Positions 9,657-19,372 of a stretch of DNA of 64,000 nt are shown here, in pieces. Each line of letters begins with the position of its first letter. The first letter of the stretch is position 1. Source of the DNA: Promethearchaeota archaeon (GTDB lineage: Archaea > Asgardarchaeota > Lokiarchaeia > Sigyniarchaeales > SOKP01); the NCBI GenBank assembly GCA_048941385.1, contig JBHLNR010000001.1, forward strand, positions 3,715 to 67,714. Direction: 5' to 3'. The notes beneath the pieces were generated by a model that saw only the letters and a list, made by a program, of their open reading frames with translations, was not told the DNA's origin and searched no databases. The position numbers were made by a program, and so were the translations under genes.

Positions 9657-10844
9657 TTAGGTTTCTTGATTTGACATTAAAGTGAGTATATTTAAGTTTA
9701 TTTCAATATTAGTACTATTTAAAATGGATTCCTTAAGCTTTTTTCCCTCTGCAGACATTAGTAATTTCTTTGACTGAGTTATACCTTCCATTATTTTTTC
9801 TCTTTCTATATCCAGGAAACCCATTTCTATAGCGTTCTTAATAATCTGATTCAGAACTAACAATTGAAATTGTGCATGAATAGCATCCCAAATTAATCCC
9901 ATTTCCTTTAGCTGTTCAGTTATCTCTTCAGCAACAATGTCTAAATCATAAATCATATCATAAATCCCTTCTTGAAGATTGATAATTTCATCAATTAGTT
10001 TATCTTTAATTAGTCGTAAAGTAGTTGTACCAAGCAAATCTTCCTCATGGAAAAAGAAATCAGTGTCTTCTCTTTGAATTAAATAAAAACCAAAATCATT
10101 TTTAATTAATTTTGATCTAGCTAAATAATTGATTGCTTCCCTTGAGACTTTATAAACCTCACAGAATTGTTCCAAATTCAACTTATATCCGACAAATTTT
10201 TGAGGAGTTGGTTCATCAAAATGCCAATACTTTCTTGCAAAAGCACCCTGTCCTAAGATTGAATTATAAAATATATAGAAAAGCGATAAATAGAGATCTC
10301 TATCTTGTTGCAATTCAAAAAAATTATCCCCAATTTTAGAAATAATTCTCACAATATGGATTATAAAAGCATCTTCAACGCTTATTTCCTTATAAAAATC
10401 TATTAAATCTTCGAGTTTTCTTACATTCTCTTTTAATTCATTAACAACAAACAACTCATCTTTTAATTTTAAAGGTTCTTCTCCAAGTTTTTCGATTCCT
10501 CGTTCAGTAATTACATATCCACGATATTGTTTATTTGTCTGTTTATCTGTAAATATTCTTTGTTCTACGTTTTTATATTTTCTATGAAGATTTAAATATT
10601 TAGAGACTGTTGATCTACTCAGATTCGAATATTTTATTAAGTTAGTGAATCTTTGTGGACCTAAATTTCTTAGAATAAAAAGAATTCTCCTACTATTATC
10701 TTCAATACTGCTAGACTTTTTTAGTAATTCATTCTTTAACTTTTTTGAGATATTCCAACTTTCCATAATAATATTATGTGAGCCTAAATATAAAAAAGTA
10801 TACTTTTTTACTATACTCATACTAAAAAAAATATGAAATACCAA
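9657..10844 (-). CDS. Winged-helix domain protein (putative regulator); true start probably downstream of the annotated one
   Basis: RFTNLIKYSNLSRSTVSKYL helix-turn-helix followed by the wing motif YVITERG. Confidence 0.65.
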   Translation of the reverse strand: MVFHIFFSMSIVKKYTFLYLGSHNIIMESWNISKKLKNELLKKSSSIEDNSRRILFILRNLGPQRFTNLIKYSNLSRSTVSKYLNLHRKYKNVEQRIFTDKQTNKQYRGYVITERGIEKLGEEPLKLKDELFVVNELKENVRKLEDLIDFYKEISVEDAFIIHIVRIISKIGDNFFELQQDRDLYLSLFYIFYNSILGQGAFARKYWHFDEPTPQKFVGYKLNLEQFCEVYKVSREAINYLARSKLIKNDFGFYLIQREDTDFFFHEEDLLGTTTLRLIKDKLIDEIINLQEGIYDMIYDLDIVAEEITEQLKEMGLIWDAIHAQFQLLVLNQIIKNAIEMGFLDIEREKIMEGITQSKKLLMSAEGKKLKESILNSTNIEINLNILTLMSNQET

Positions 10845-10962
10845 TTATAATAAAAAAAGTATATTATGATTAGAATAGGTCTCATATATAAAATTTTAAT
10901 AGTTTAGGACGCAATTTTAAAACTTGAAATATATTTAAAAAATATTAAAAAAAAATTATCAT

Positions 10963-11163
10963 ATGTCGATTGAAGATCATAACATTTTAAATAGAATTAA
11001 ATCAATTGAAGATAGGTTGAATAAATTAGAAGAGCGTCTTTTGTATATAGAAAGTAGATTAGGCCGTTTTCCACCTCGTCCCACCCCACAACCAGGACCT
11101 ATTCCGCCTCCAAATCCTCCAGGGCCTCCAGGACACCCGCCTGAACCTTTTCGTTTTGATTAA
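10963..11163 (+). CDS. Small coiled-coil protein with a proline-rich tail
   Basis: Heptads RIKSIEDRLNKLEERLLYIESRL followed by FPPRPTPQPGPIPPPNPPGPPGHPPEPFRFD. Confidence 0.7.
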   Translation: MSIEDHNILNRIKSIEDRLNKLEERLLYIESRLGRFPPRPTPQPGPIPPPNPPGPPGHPPEPFRFD

Positions 11164-11306
11164 ATTTAGAAAATAGTACTTACAATATTTTACATTCAAT
11201 TAAACTCAAGTTTAGAATAGAATACCAAAGACCTTAAGTAAAAGATCACTTAATTATTCTTTAATATAAGATTAATTGATAATAATTAAAAAATAATCGA
11301 ATTGAA

Positions 11307-11561
11307 ATGACTCAATATAGGTTTAGATTAACTGGCGTACCACCTGATCAGGCAATCAAGTTAATAGAATTAGATCCAAATAATTCAATAGCTGATATTA
11401 AAAAGACTGTCCAAAGGGAATATAAATTAAACCCGATACTAGCTATCCAATTTATTTTTAAGGGAAAGGTTTTACCAGACCAGTTAAAATTTGCTAAAAT
11501 AGGAATTCATCCAAAGAAGGACGTAATAACGGTAATGGCAACACAGGCTGGAGGAATCTAG
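11307..11561 (+). CDS. Ubiquitin-like protein ending in GG-I
   Basis: 84 aa beta-grasp pattern: SIADIKKTV; FIFKGKVLPD resembles ubiquitin LIFAGKQLED; C-terminal AGGI. Confidence 0.8.
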   Translation: MTQYRFRLTGVPPDQAIKLIELDPNNSIADIKKTVQREYKLNPILAIQFIFKGKVLPDQLKFAKIGIHPKKDVITVMATQAGGI

Positions 11562-11611
11562 CTATTCCATTAATTTCATAAAAGTATAATAGGGTTATCA
11601 CGGGGTTTTAA

Positions 11612-11660
11612 AGAGAAAAAAGCCGGCAACTTTTTCTCTCTTATTTTTATTTTTTTATAA
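11612..11660. terminator. Hairpin plus T-tract between convergent genes
   Basis: AGAGAAAAA-agccggcaac-TTTTTCTCT inverted repeat followed by T-runs, between the Ubl gene (+) and the longin gene (-). Confidence 0.45.
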
Positions 11661-11684
11661 TGAGAACTATTAATTTAGATTACA

Positions 11685-12110
11685 TTAATGTTCAACAAAA
11701 ACAGGTTTTTTAAATCTCCCTAATTTTGTCGAGACAATCTTCTTAACAACTTTAGTAAAAGAATTAAAAGAAGAAATTTCTCCATTGAAATTCCTTAATT
11801 TCTCTTTATAAATCTTTAGAAAACTTTCTATAATGCTTTCAGAAATCTCTTCTAACAATCTCTTATTAAGTTCTTTATTCACACACTTAAGAACTAGATG
11901 ATACTTAGATTTGTGAGAATAGAAGAAAAATATAAAACTATCAAGAGTTAACATCCTTAAACTTTCTTTAAAACTATTTTTTGTAAACCTACAAATGATA
12001 TCAAAGTAGCCTGCTAGTGATTGTTGATCATCAGCTTTATTATCATCTATAAAATTATGATAAAATAAAGCAATTCCCGCGTTATTTATAATCATTAACT
12101 CTTGAATCAT
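11685..12110 (-). CDS. Longin-like domain protein
   Basis: MIQELMIINNAGIALFYHNF...LAGYFDIICRF...FNGEISSFNSF pattern, as seen in Asgard longin/sigma-adaptin-like proteins. Confidence 0.7.
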   Translation of the reverse strand: MIQELMIINNAGIALFYHNFIDDNKADDQQSLAGYFDIICRFTKNSFKESLRMLTLDSFIFFFYSHKSKYHLVLKCVNKELNKRLLEEISESIIESFLKIYKEKLRNFNGEISSFNSFTKVVKKIVSTKLGRFKKPVFVEH

Positions 12111-12297
12111 TTTGTACTTATTAACCTATTAATAAGATAATTATGTGTTATTCTTATGGAGTTTATAAAGAAAATACTGAAAGAATTTTCACATAACATA
12201 TGGGACAATTGATTTTTAAACTTTGATCCTAGAATTTATTTACTTCAAAATAAACTTCTAAACTACAAAATTGGAGAAAAAAAGAAAATTCAATAAA

Positions 12298-13353
12298 TTA
12301 ATAGATAATTTGTTCAATTGGTACTTTTTTTATATTGTTAAAAGCAGCTGTTAAACATCTTTCAGCATCATTTACAATGTTATTTATTATATCTGCAACA
12401 CACTCTACACTATCAATTAGTTCAGCACTTTGACCTAAGTATGCTATACCTTCTTCAATTTTTCCTTCATATGTTTTTTCTAATTCAGCTAGTTCTTGTT
12501 CTACTTTTGACATTGACGTCTCAGCAGCCTGTTTTTCTCTTTTACTTTCAACAAGGTTATGTTCCTCAGCTTTTTCGTTCTTCCACACTCTCGCAGGCCC
12601 AAAAATTCCTGTTTTTAGTTCTGTATCCGAAGCAGTCGATTCAACAACAATTTTCTTATAATTATCGTGAAATTCACACTCTTTAGTTGAAATAAATCTG
12701 GTCCCCATTGCTATAGCACCTACTCCCATAGATAGAGCAGACGCTAATCCTTCACCTGTAGCATATCCTCCCGAGGCTATTATTGGAACATCTGGTAAAT
12801 TTTTCCTTATTTGCTGTAATAAAACTAAGGTACTAATATTTTCATATGACTGATGTCCTCCACCTTCAGCCCCAGTAATAACCAAGCCATCAACACCACT
12901 GTTAATAAGTTTCTGTGCGAGATAAAGCGAAGGTGCGACATGGAAATGTTTGATATTTGACCCACTTTCTTTTAATTTTTCAAAGTATTTGTTATACATC
13001 AGTCTTGGAGAGCCTGCACTAGTGATTAGATAAACACATTGGTCCTTAATTCTCGGATTTTCCATGATGAATCTTGGAAGTTGTCTACAGAGCTTTATCG
13101 CATCTGGTTGTAATCTAGCGGTTCTTATGTTAAATCCAAAAGGTTTATCGGTGTGTTCAACTACATACTCCATACTCTTTTTCATTTCATCTAAGGTTAC
13201 AGTTCCATGTACCGTAACATGGCTCAATACACCTAATCCACCTGCTTCTGAAACAGCTACAGTTAATTTAGTTGTATAAAAAGGACCCATTGGTGCGCTT
13301 AATATCGGATGTTTAATCCCCAACATTTTTGTTATATTTGTCTCAATCACCAT
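12298..13353 (-). CDS. Nitronate monooxygenase / FabK-like flavoprotein
   Basis: LGIKHPILSAPMG, AVSEAGGLG, GAEGGGH, IIASGG and MGTRF motifs. Confidence 0.88.
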   Translation of the reverse strand: MVIETNITKMLGIKHPILSAPMGPFYTTKLTVAVSEAGGLGVLSHVTVHGTVTLDEMKKSMEYVVEHTDKPFGFNIRTARLQPDAIKLCRQLPRFIMENPRIKDQCVYLITSAGSPRLMYNKYFEKLKESGSNIKHFHVAPSLYLAQKLINSGVDGLVITGAEGGGHQSYENISTLVLLQQIRKNLPDVPIIASGGYATGEGLASALSMGVGAIAMGTRFISTKECEFHDNYKKIVVESTASDTELKTGIFGPARVWKNEKAEEHNLVESKREKQAAETSMSKVEQELAELEKTYEGKIEEGIAYLGQSAELIDSVECVADIINNIVNDAERCLTAAFNNIKKVPIEQIIY

Positions 13354-13565
13354 TAATACTCACATTTTAGCTTGAGTTTTGTTAAAATAAACCTTTAATT
13401 ATTAAATTAAACGATTAGTTATTTTTATCAAAGTTTCATTTATAAAATTATTACTTGAATACCCACTATTAGAAGTATTAAATGGTATAAGATGTTATTA
13501 AATATTTTAACCATTTTTATTAATTTTTAAACTTGATATGAGATTTGAATAAAGACTAAAGAACT

Positions 13566-13763
13566 GTGTATAATATGGTATGGGGGGGTTCACTCAATAA
13601 AGAGGGCTCTGATTATTTAAGGAACATAAGAAAATCTGAGGAGGTCATTCAGTTTTTAGAGAAACTAATAGACCAATTGAGTCAGGATGAGCAGGATCAA
13701 GTGAAAAGAGTAATTCAAATAATTGCAGACTTTATTTCGAAACTTTCTGAAAAAGGAAAATAA
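13566..13763 (+). CDS. Small helical hypothetical protein (start uncertain)
   Basis: 65 aa amphipathic ORF filling the gap and ending 3 bp from the convergent gene. Confidence 0.5.
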   Translation: MYNMVWGGSLNKEGSDYLRNIRKSEEVIQFLEKLIDQLSQDEQDQVKRVIQIIADFISKLSEKGK

Positions 13764-13766
13764 AAA

Positions 13767-14336
13767 TCACAAGATATTAATGATTTCTTTTATAATCATA
13801 ATTACTTCATCTGCTGCTTTCTGAACAGTATCAGAGAGATTAATGTCAAAAAAGGGGATATCTTCATTCTCACTCCTTTCTTCTAATGTAATCTCATTTT
13901 CTTTATATAAAGTTAATTGAGAAAATCCCTCTAAACTTTCAGGCACGAATCCGATCATAAAGACCTTTATATCTGGTAATTTCTCAGCAAGTAAATCAAT
14001 AACAATATGAATTGGGATAGTATGTGATGAAATAGGCACAGATTCATGTATATTTTGACGCTCTATTATTGCGATAGTTCCAGGAGGTTTTTTCAATGTA
14101 CATGTGTCCAATATAATTAAATGTGATGTTTGAAAATTAATAATTTCATCTAATCTATTCATAGGATCAATTGCCGCGTTAATAAACAAAAATTTTTCGT
14201 TTGAAGCGGTTAAGAACTCACTAATTATATAGGGTCCTACACCATCATCAGAGAGTTTTTCCTCTCCAATACCCATGAATACAACTTTTTTTGCACCTTC
14301 TAACCTATTTAATATCTTGTGAATTAGCTCCTTCAT
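13767..14336 (-). CDS. hycI: Hydrogenase maturation protease (HycI-like)
   Basis: MGIGEEKLSDDGVG, IILD, PPG and SSHTIP motifs. Confidence 0.8.
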   Translation of the reverse strand: MKELIHKILNRLEGAKKVVFMGIGEEKLSDDGVGPYIISEFLTASNEKFLFINAAIDPMNRLDEIINFQTSHLIILDTCTLKKPPGTIAIIERQNIHESVPISSHTIPIHIVIDLLAEKLPDIKVFMIGFVPESLEGFSQLTLYKENEITLEERSENEDIPFFDINLSDTVQKAADEVIMIIKEIINIL

Positions 14337-14495
14337 GAGAAAAGCAAAATGTTATTTTCTAACCTTGATCTATACAATAGAGAATTTCTCATCTATAATT
14401 ATTTTTTTGATTTTCATTATAAAATTGTTAATTCCTAATACTATGAAGAGCAGAGATAAATTCATTAATTATTAAAAATTCCTATTTAATATTAC

Positions 14496-15092
14496 ATGAC
14501 TGAAGAATTAAATGAGAAAACTGAAAAGGTTCAGTTAGAGGGATTAATTAAACTGGATAAGGTTATTGTAACAGACAAAAGAGGATTAGAGGAATTCTAT
14601 AATAACTCTTATATTGGAACAATTGAAAGAAATAGCAAAAACCAGGATATCTTAGTCCTCGATGCCGTTGAGGTTTTACTCTTAATTGAAAGACACAGAA
14701 TATTGGTGTGGGAAGAAAATGATAGAAGTAAACAACTTTATGATTTCGAAGGTTTATTAACATATTTTACGAAATTTGATAATCGGTTATGGCATAAGTA
14801 TACAATATATATGGATTTAAGAAAAAGAGGTTATACTGTTCGAATGGGGTATGGAGATGGAATTGAATTTCGTGTTTATAAGAGAGGGGCTGATTTTGAG
14901 AAGGATAGTGCTCAATTTCTAATATTTCCTGTATTTGAAGGTGATCCTATAGAACTCAGAGATTTAGATAAGATTTCTAGGGTTGCTTTAAGCTCGCGTA
15001 AAGATTTAATTGTGGCAACTGTAGATAGACTAAGCAAACCGATTTACTATACTGTTAAAAAGTTTCAATTATTAAATAATGAGGAGGAATAA
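14496..15092 (+). CDS. endA: tRNA-intron endonuclease subunit (EndA family), probably non-catalytic
   Basis: YMDLRKRGYTV, FRVYKRG and SRVALSSRKDLIVA motifs; the catalytic His position is Ser. Confidence 0.82.
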   Translation: MTEELNEKTEKVQLEGLIKLDKVIVTDKRGLEEFYNNSYIGTIERNSKNQDILVLDAVEVLLLIERHRILVWEENDRSKQLYDFEGLLTYFTKFDNRLWHKYTIYMDLRKRGYTVRMGYGDGIEFRVYKRGADFEKDSAQFLIFPVFEGDPIELRDLDKISRVALSSRKDLIVATVDRLSKPIYYTVKKFQLLNNEEE

Positions 15093-16750
15093 TGACAAGT
15101 AAATTTGTATGTGATACATCTGTGGTGTTCAGTGGAATTATTCTTGATCTGATCGAGGATGGTGAACTGGGGGAGGAGCCCGAGATATTGATCCCAAATA
15201 TTGTAATTGCTGAAATTGAATATAGGACTAATATTCATAAAGAAATTGGATTTCTTGGCTTAAATGTTTTAAAAACATTGCGAGAATTAAATCGAGAAAA
15301 TAGGATCAAGTTAAAAATAGTAGGGAATCGTCCTACTAGAGAAGAAATTAAGATGGCACCAGGAGGAGAACTTGATGCATTGATAAGAGATACAACACTG
15401 AAAAACAATGCTATACTAATAACAGCTGATCGGATTCAAGGTGATGTAGGTATTTTCGAGGGATTGGAAGTTTTTTTGGTAAAAGATAGAGGAATTCATA
15501 GGCCAAAAGAGCCCCTTTCTCTTAAACTATTAGACTATTTTGATGATAAAACCATGAGTGTTCATCTTAAAAAAAACCTGCCAGCTTATGCTAAGAGAGG
15601 CTCTCCTGGTAATTGGCAACTAGAAAAAGTAAATGATGAAATAATTTCTCCAAAGTTCATCGAAGATATTGCTCTTGAAATTATAGAGAACGTAAGAGAA
15701 GATGACCATTCGTTTATAGAAATTGAGAAAATGGGTGCTGTCGTCGCTCAGTTACGGGAATTTAGAATCGTTATCACCCGACCTCCCTTTTCTAATGATG
15801 TTGAAATTACTGCTGTTCGCCCACTTGTGAATTTAACATTATCTGATTATACGATTGACGCAAAATTGAAAAGAAGATTAGAGAAAGCTGAAGGAATATT
15901 AGTATGTGGCTCTCCAGGAGCAGGGAAGAGTACTTTCTGTGCTGCACTAGCAAATGATTATTTAAACAAAAATAAGGTTGTAAAAACACTTGAAAGTGTA
16001 AGAGATTTACAAGTTAAACCTGAAATTACTCAATATACTAAATTAGAGGGTAATCTTGAAAATTCTGCAGACATTCTTTTGTTAGTGAGACCAGATTTTA
16101 CTATCTTTGATGAGGTTAGAACAACAAAAGATTTCGAGATTTATGCAGATTTTCGTCTTTCTGGTGTTGGAATGGTTGGTGTTGTCCACTCTTCTTCTGC
16201 AATTGATGCTATCCAAAGATTCATTGGACGCATAGAACTCGGAATGTTACCTTCTATAATAGATACGATTATTTTCATAGAAGGAGGAGATATATCAACG
16301 GTACTTATCATTAAAATGACTGTTAAAGTTCCATCAGGTTTAAGAGATAGAGATTTAGCACGACCAGTAGTTGAAGTAAGAGATTATAAAACACGCAATT
16401 TAGAGTTTGAAATCTATTCATTTGGGCAAGATATTGTGATTAATCCTATTGGGCCTAAAAAATCAAAATTCAAATCAGATCAATATACAGATCTATCTAC
16501 TTATAGAAAACGTAAATCAAAAAAAGAACGAATTGATCTTGACCTTGAGGTAAGGAAGGATAGAGTAATTTTGAAAGCTGCACCTTTGTACGCTAGTAAA
16601 AATATTATTATTTATGCAAATCAAGAAGAAATTTTTACAGGCTCGTTAAGTAGGAAGGGAGAGATCAACTTATCATTATCAAACAAAGAAGGACGAAGAC
16701 TTCTTAAGGAAATTGATAGAAATAAAGATATCTACGCAAAAATTAAATAA
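15092..16750 (+). CDS. PIN-domain / VirB11-like ATPase (PINA family)
   Basis: PIN motifs CDTS and GELDALIR; Walker A GSPGAGKST; LESVRDL, LLVRPDFTIFDE and RFIGRIELG. Coupled to endA through TAATG. Confidence 0.9.
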   Translation: MTSKFVCDTSVVFSGIILDLIEDGELGEEPEILIPNIVIAEIEYRTNIHKEIGFLGLNVLKTLRELNRENRIKLKIVGNRPTREEIKMAPGGELDALIRDTTLKNNAILITADRIQGDVGIFEGLEVFLVKDRGIHRPKEPLSLKLLDYFDDKTMSVHLKKNLPAYAKRGSPGNWQLEKVNDEIISPKFIEDIALEIIENVREDDHSFIEIEKMGAVVAQLREFRIVITRPPFSNDVEITAVRPLVNLTLSDYTIDAKLKRRLEKAEGILVCGSPGAGKSTFCAALANDYLNKNKVVKTLESVRDLQVKPEITQYTKLEGNLENSADILLLVRPDFTIFDEVRTTKDFEIYADFRLSGVGMVGVVHSSSAIDAIQRFIGRIELGMLPSIIDTIIFIEGGDISTVLIIKMTVKVPSGLRDRDLARPVVEVRDYKTRNLEFEIYSFGQDIVINPIGPKKSKFKSDQYTDLSTYRKRKSKKERIDLDLEVRKDRVILKAAPLYASKNIIIYANQEEIFTGSLSRKGEINLSLSNKEGRRLLKEIDRNKDIYAKIK

Positions 16751-16763
16751 ATCATTTAAAAAC

Positions 16764-17519
16764 TTAATCTGTATTGATTAATGCTTTTACCTTTTCGACA
16801 ATAGGTGGTAAGACATCTCCAATTTGATCAGAAAACCTTAAATCTGCAATTCCATCATAAGGAGTTTCCCCCTTATTTAAGATTATCAATTTTGCCCCAT
16901 GTTGTTTAGCATATAATGGCATATTAGCTGCAGGAACAACCACAAGTGAAGAGCCCACTACAAAAAAAACATCACTTCTTTCGGATCTTTTTACTGATTC
17001 ATATAAATCCATTTCTGGGAGCGGGTCTCCAAAATTTACAATACTATTAATCAGTCTTCCGCCACATTGAGGACAAGTTGGCTGATCTTTCTTAATTAGG
17101 CTAGATCTATATCCTTTCCCCCAAATTTCTTGATCCCAACCAGCCTCTTCAAACAACATTTTCTTATGACAACTTAAACATTTCATGAAATACATATTTC
17201 CATGAAGTTCCGCTAATTTTTCAAAGGGGATCCCAGATTTAGCATGTAAACCATCCACATTCTGCGATATTAGATAATCCAATTTATCTATTTTCAATAA
17301 TTCTAAAATTGCATAGTGTCCAGGGTTTGGTTTTACCTGATCCCATGGAGGACTCTTAGGAGGCGGAAGTCCTTTATCTCTCCTTGTCCACAATCCATCA
17401 GGTCCACGAAAATCAGGTAAACCACTTTCTGTTGAAATTCCAGCGCCAGTAAACACTACTAATCTTTTAGATTCAGCAATCCACTTGGCTGCAAGATCAA
17501 TTTTTTCTTGTAAATCCAT
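16764..17519 (-). CDS. Sir2-family NAD-dependent deacylase, SIRT6/7-like
   Basis: [35 protein letters not shown], CxxC..CxxC and GSSL motifs. Start placed at ATG 17519 by comparison with the paralogue. Confidence 0.92.
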   Translation of the reverse strand: [251 protein letters not shown]

Positions 17520-17573
17520 ATTATAAAGATAACAATCTTGTTTATAAAAATATAATGGCATAATAGATGTAAA

Positions 17574-18407
17574 TTAAAAGGCAATCATCCCTGATTTCTT
17601 CAATAATATTAAAGCATCTAAAGTCCATAGAGGTCTCCACCAAGGTAGGTTCTGGTAAATTATTTTAAGACCACCATCCTCTTGAAGACCATTAAAGAAA
17701 TTATTGACTTCAGTTTCTACTACTTCTTTATTTAAAAGATCTAGAGAATTATACCAATGTCTACCAAATAGTAGATAATGTTCTTTATTTTTTACAAGAA
17801 TACTTGGAATTTGGGTAATAATCATTTGAAGCGTTTTTTTCTCCTCTTTGCTCTCTCCTAAATATTTCAAATATAAAAAATAAGGATACTCATAAAGTGC
17901 AAATTCTTCAGGTATAGAGCATTTCGAATAAAAGGTTTTAACTTTTCTAAAGAAATCTGGATTTTTAAAATCCCATTTTTTAAGGTACCCGGATATAGCG
18001 AGTATCCTTATATCATCTGGGCCACTCCACCATTCTTGAAAGGGATAATTATACATATTCTTAGGGGGGTGGTTAATAAATCCATTTTCATTCTGTTCGG
18101 TAATAATCCAATTGAATAATTTGTCTATAATATCATTGTGTTTACTTTCAAGAAGATCAAGAATATACATAGCTGTTTCAGCACCAATAGCAGTACTATC
18201 TGGGCATAAAATATCTGGTTCAATACCATTACCAAAACCTCCATCCAAATTCTGATATGCCAGTAACGCCTTAATAACGTCTGTTTCTTTTCCATTTTCA
18301 AAAAAATATGAATATAATTTCCTCTCGAGAAGTCTTCCATTATGAAATATAAATTCTTTTATCTTTTTAACCTGGATTTCATCAAGAGTTCTCATTAGAT
18401 AAACCAT
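17574..18407 (-). CDS. Hypothetical protein with prenyltransferase/terpene-cyclase-like alpha-alpha repeats
   Basis: YQNLDGGFG, QNENGF and QEDGG repeat motifs. Confidence 0.65.
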   Translation of the reverse strand: MVYLMRTLDEIQVKKIKEFIFHNGRLLERKLYSYFFENGKETDVIKALLAYQNLDGGFGNGIEPDILCPDSTAIGAETAMYILDLLESKHNDIIDKLFNWIITEQNENGFINHPPKNMYNYPFQEWWSGPDDIRILAISGYLKKWDFKNPDFFRKVKTFYSKCSIPEEFALYEYPYFLYLKYLGESKEEKKTLQMIITQIPSILVKNKEHYLLFGRHWYNSLDLLNKEVVETEVNNFFNGLQEDGGLKIIYQNLPWWRPLWTLDALILLKKSGMIAF

Positions 18408-18451
18408 TTTACATATTTGAAAAAGCGAAAACCAAATAATGAGTTATTCCA

Positions 18452-19219
18452 TTACTTTTTATTTACAGCACTCTTTACCCTTTCCATTATTGGTGGGAGC
18501 ACATCCTCAATTTTTTCATCAAATTTTATATCTGCTACCCTATCATATGGAGTATCACCTTTATTTATGATAATCAATTTTGCTCCATTTTGTTTGGCAA
18601 TTCCCGGCATATTGGCTGCTGGTGTGACCACCAGTGATGATCCAATTACAAAGAATACGTCACATCGCTCAGATCTTCTAATTGCTTCGTTCAATTCGTC
18701 GAAAGGAAGCGGGTCCCCAAAATCTACAATACTATTAATCAATCTTCCCTCGCAATGAGGACATTTTGGTTGTCCTTCTCGGATAGGATCTTTCCTCATT
18801 CCACGACCCCATTTCTCTTTATCCCATCCTGCTTCTTCAAATAGCATTTTCTTATTACATGAAAGACATTTCATGAAAAATCGATTACCATGAAGTTCAC
18901 TCATAATCTCAAAGGGAATTCCTGATTTAGCATGGAAGCCATCAATATTTTGGGAGATTAGATAATCTAATTTTTCCATTTCCAATAAATCTACTATTGA
19001 AAAATGATTAGCGTTAGGTTCCGCCAGATCCCAAGGAACTTGTGGTTTTGGAGGGGGTAATCCTTTGTCTCTTCTAGTCCATAATCCATCTGGCCCACGA
19101 AAATCAGGTATACCACTACCTGTAGAGCATCCTGCTCCTGTGAATACAACTAACCGTTCTGATTCAATGATCCATTTTGCTGCTAGATCAATATTTTCTT
19201 CTAAACTCATAAAAAACAT
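18452..19219 (-). CDS. Sir2-family NAD-dependent deacylase, SIRT6/7-like (paralogue)
   Basis: [35 protein letters not shown] and zinc-binding cysteines. Confidence 0.92.
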   Translation of the reverse strand: [255 protein letters not shown]

Positions 19220-19372
19220 TAAATAAAGAGGATTTAAAAAGATTTTTGAATTCTTTTATGCTTCCCTAATTTTGAGTTTAGTAGGTGTTAGAACACGGAA
19301 AATAAAGTGGTTTAAATATATTGATATAAATAAAAAATGAGTTAAAGTAATCATTAATTAGAAAATAAGGAG

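Noticed and set aside
16764-19219. Sir2 genes as Thoeris ThsA or other defence NADases partnering the TIR protein
   Set aside because: They are zinc-binding deacylase-type sirtuins without SLOG, Macro or other defence fusions, and they lie 11 kb from the TIR gene.
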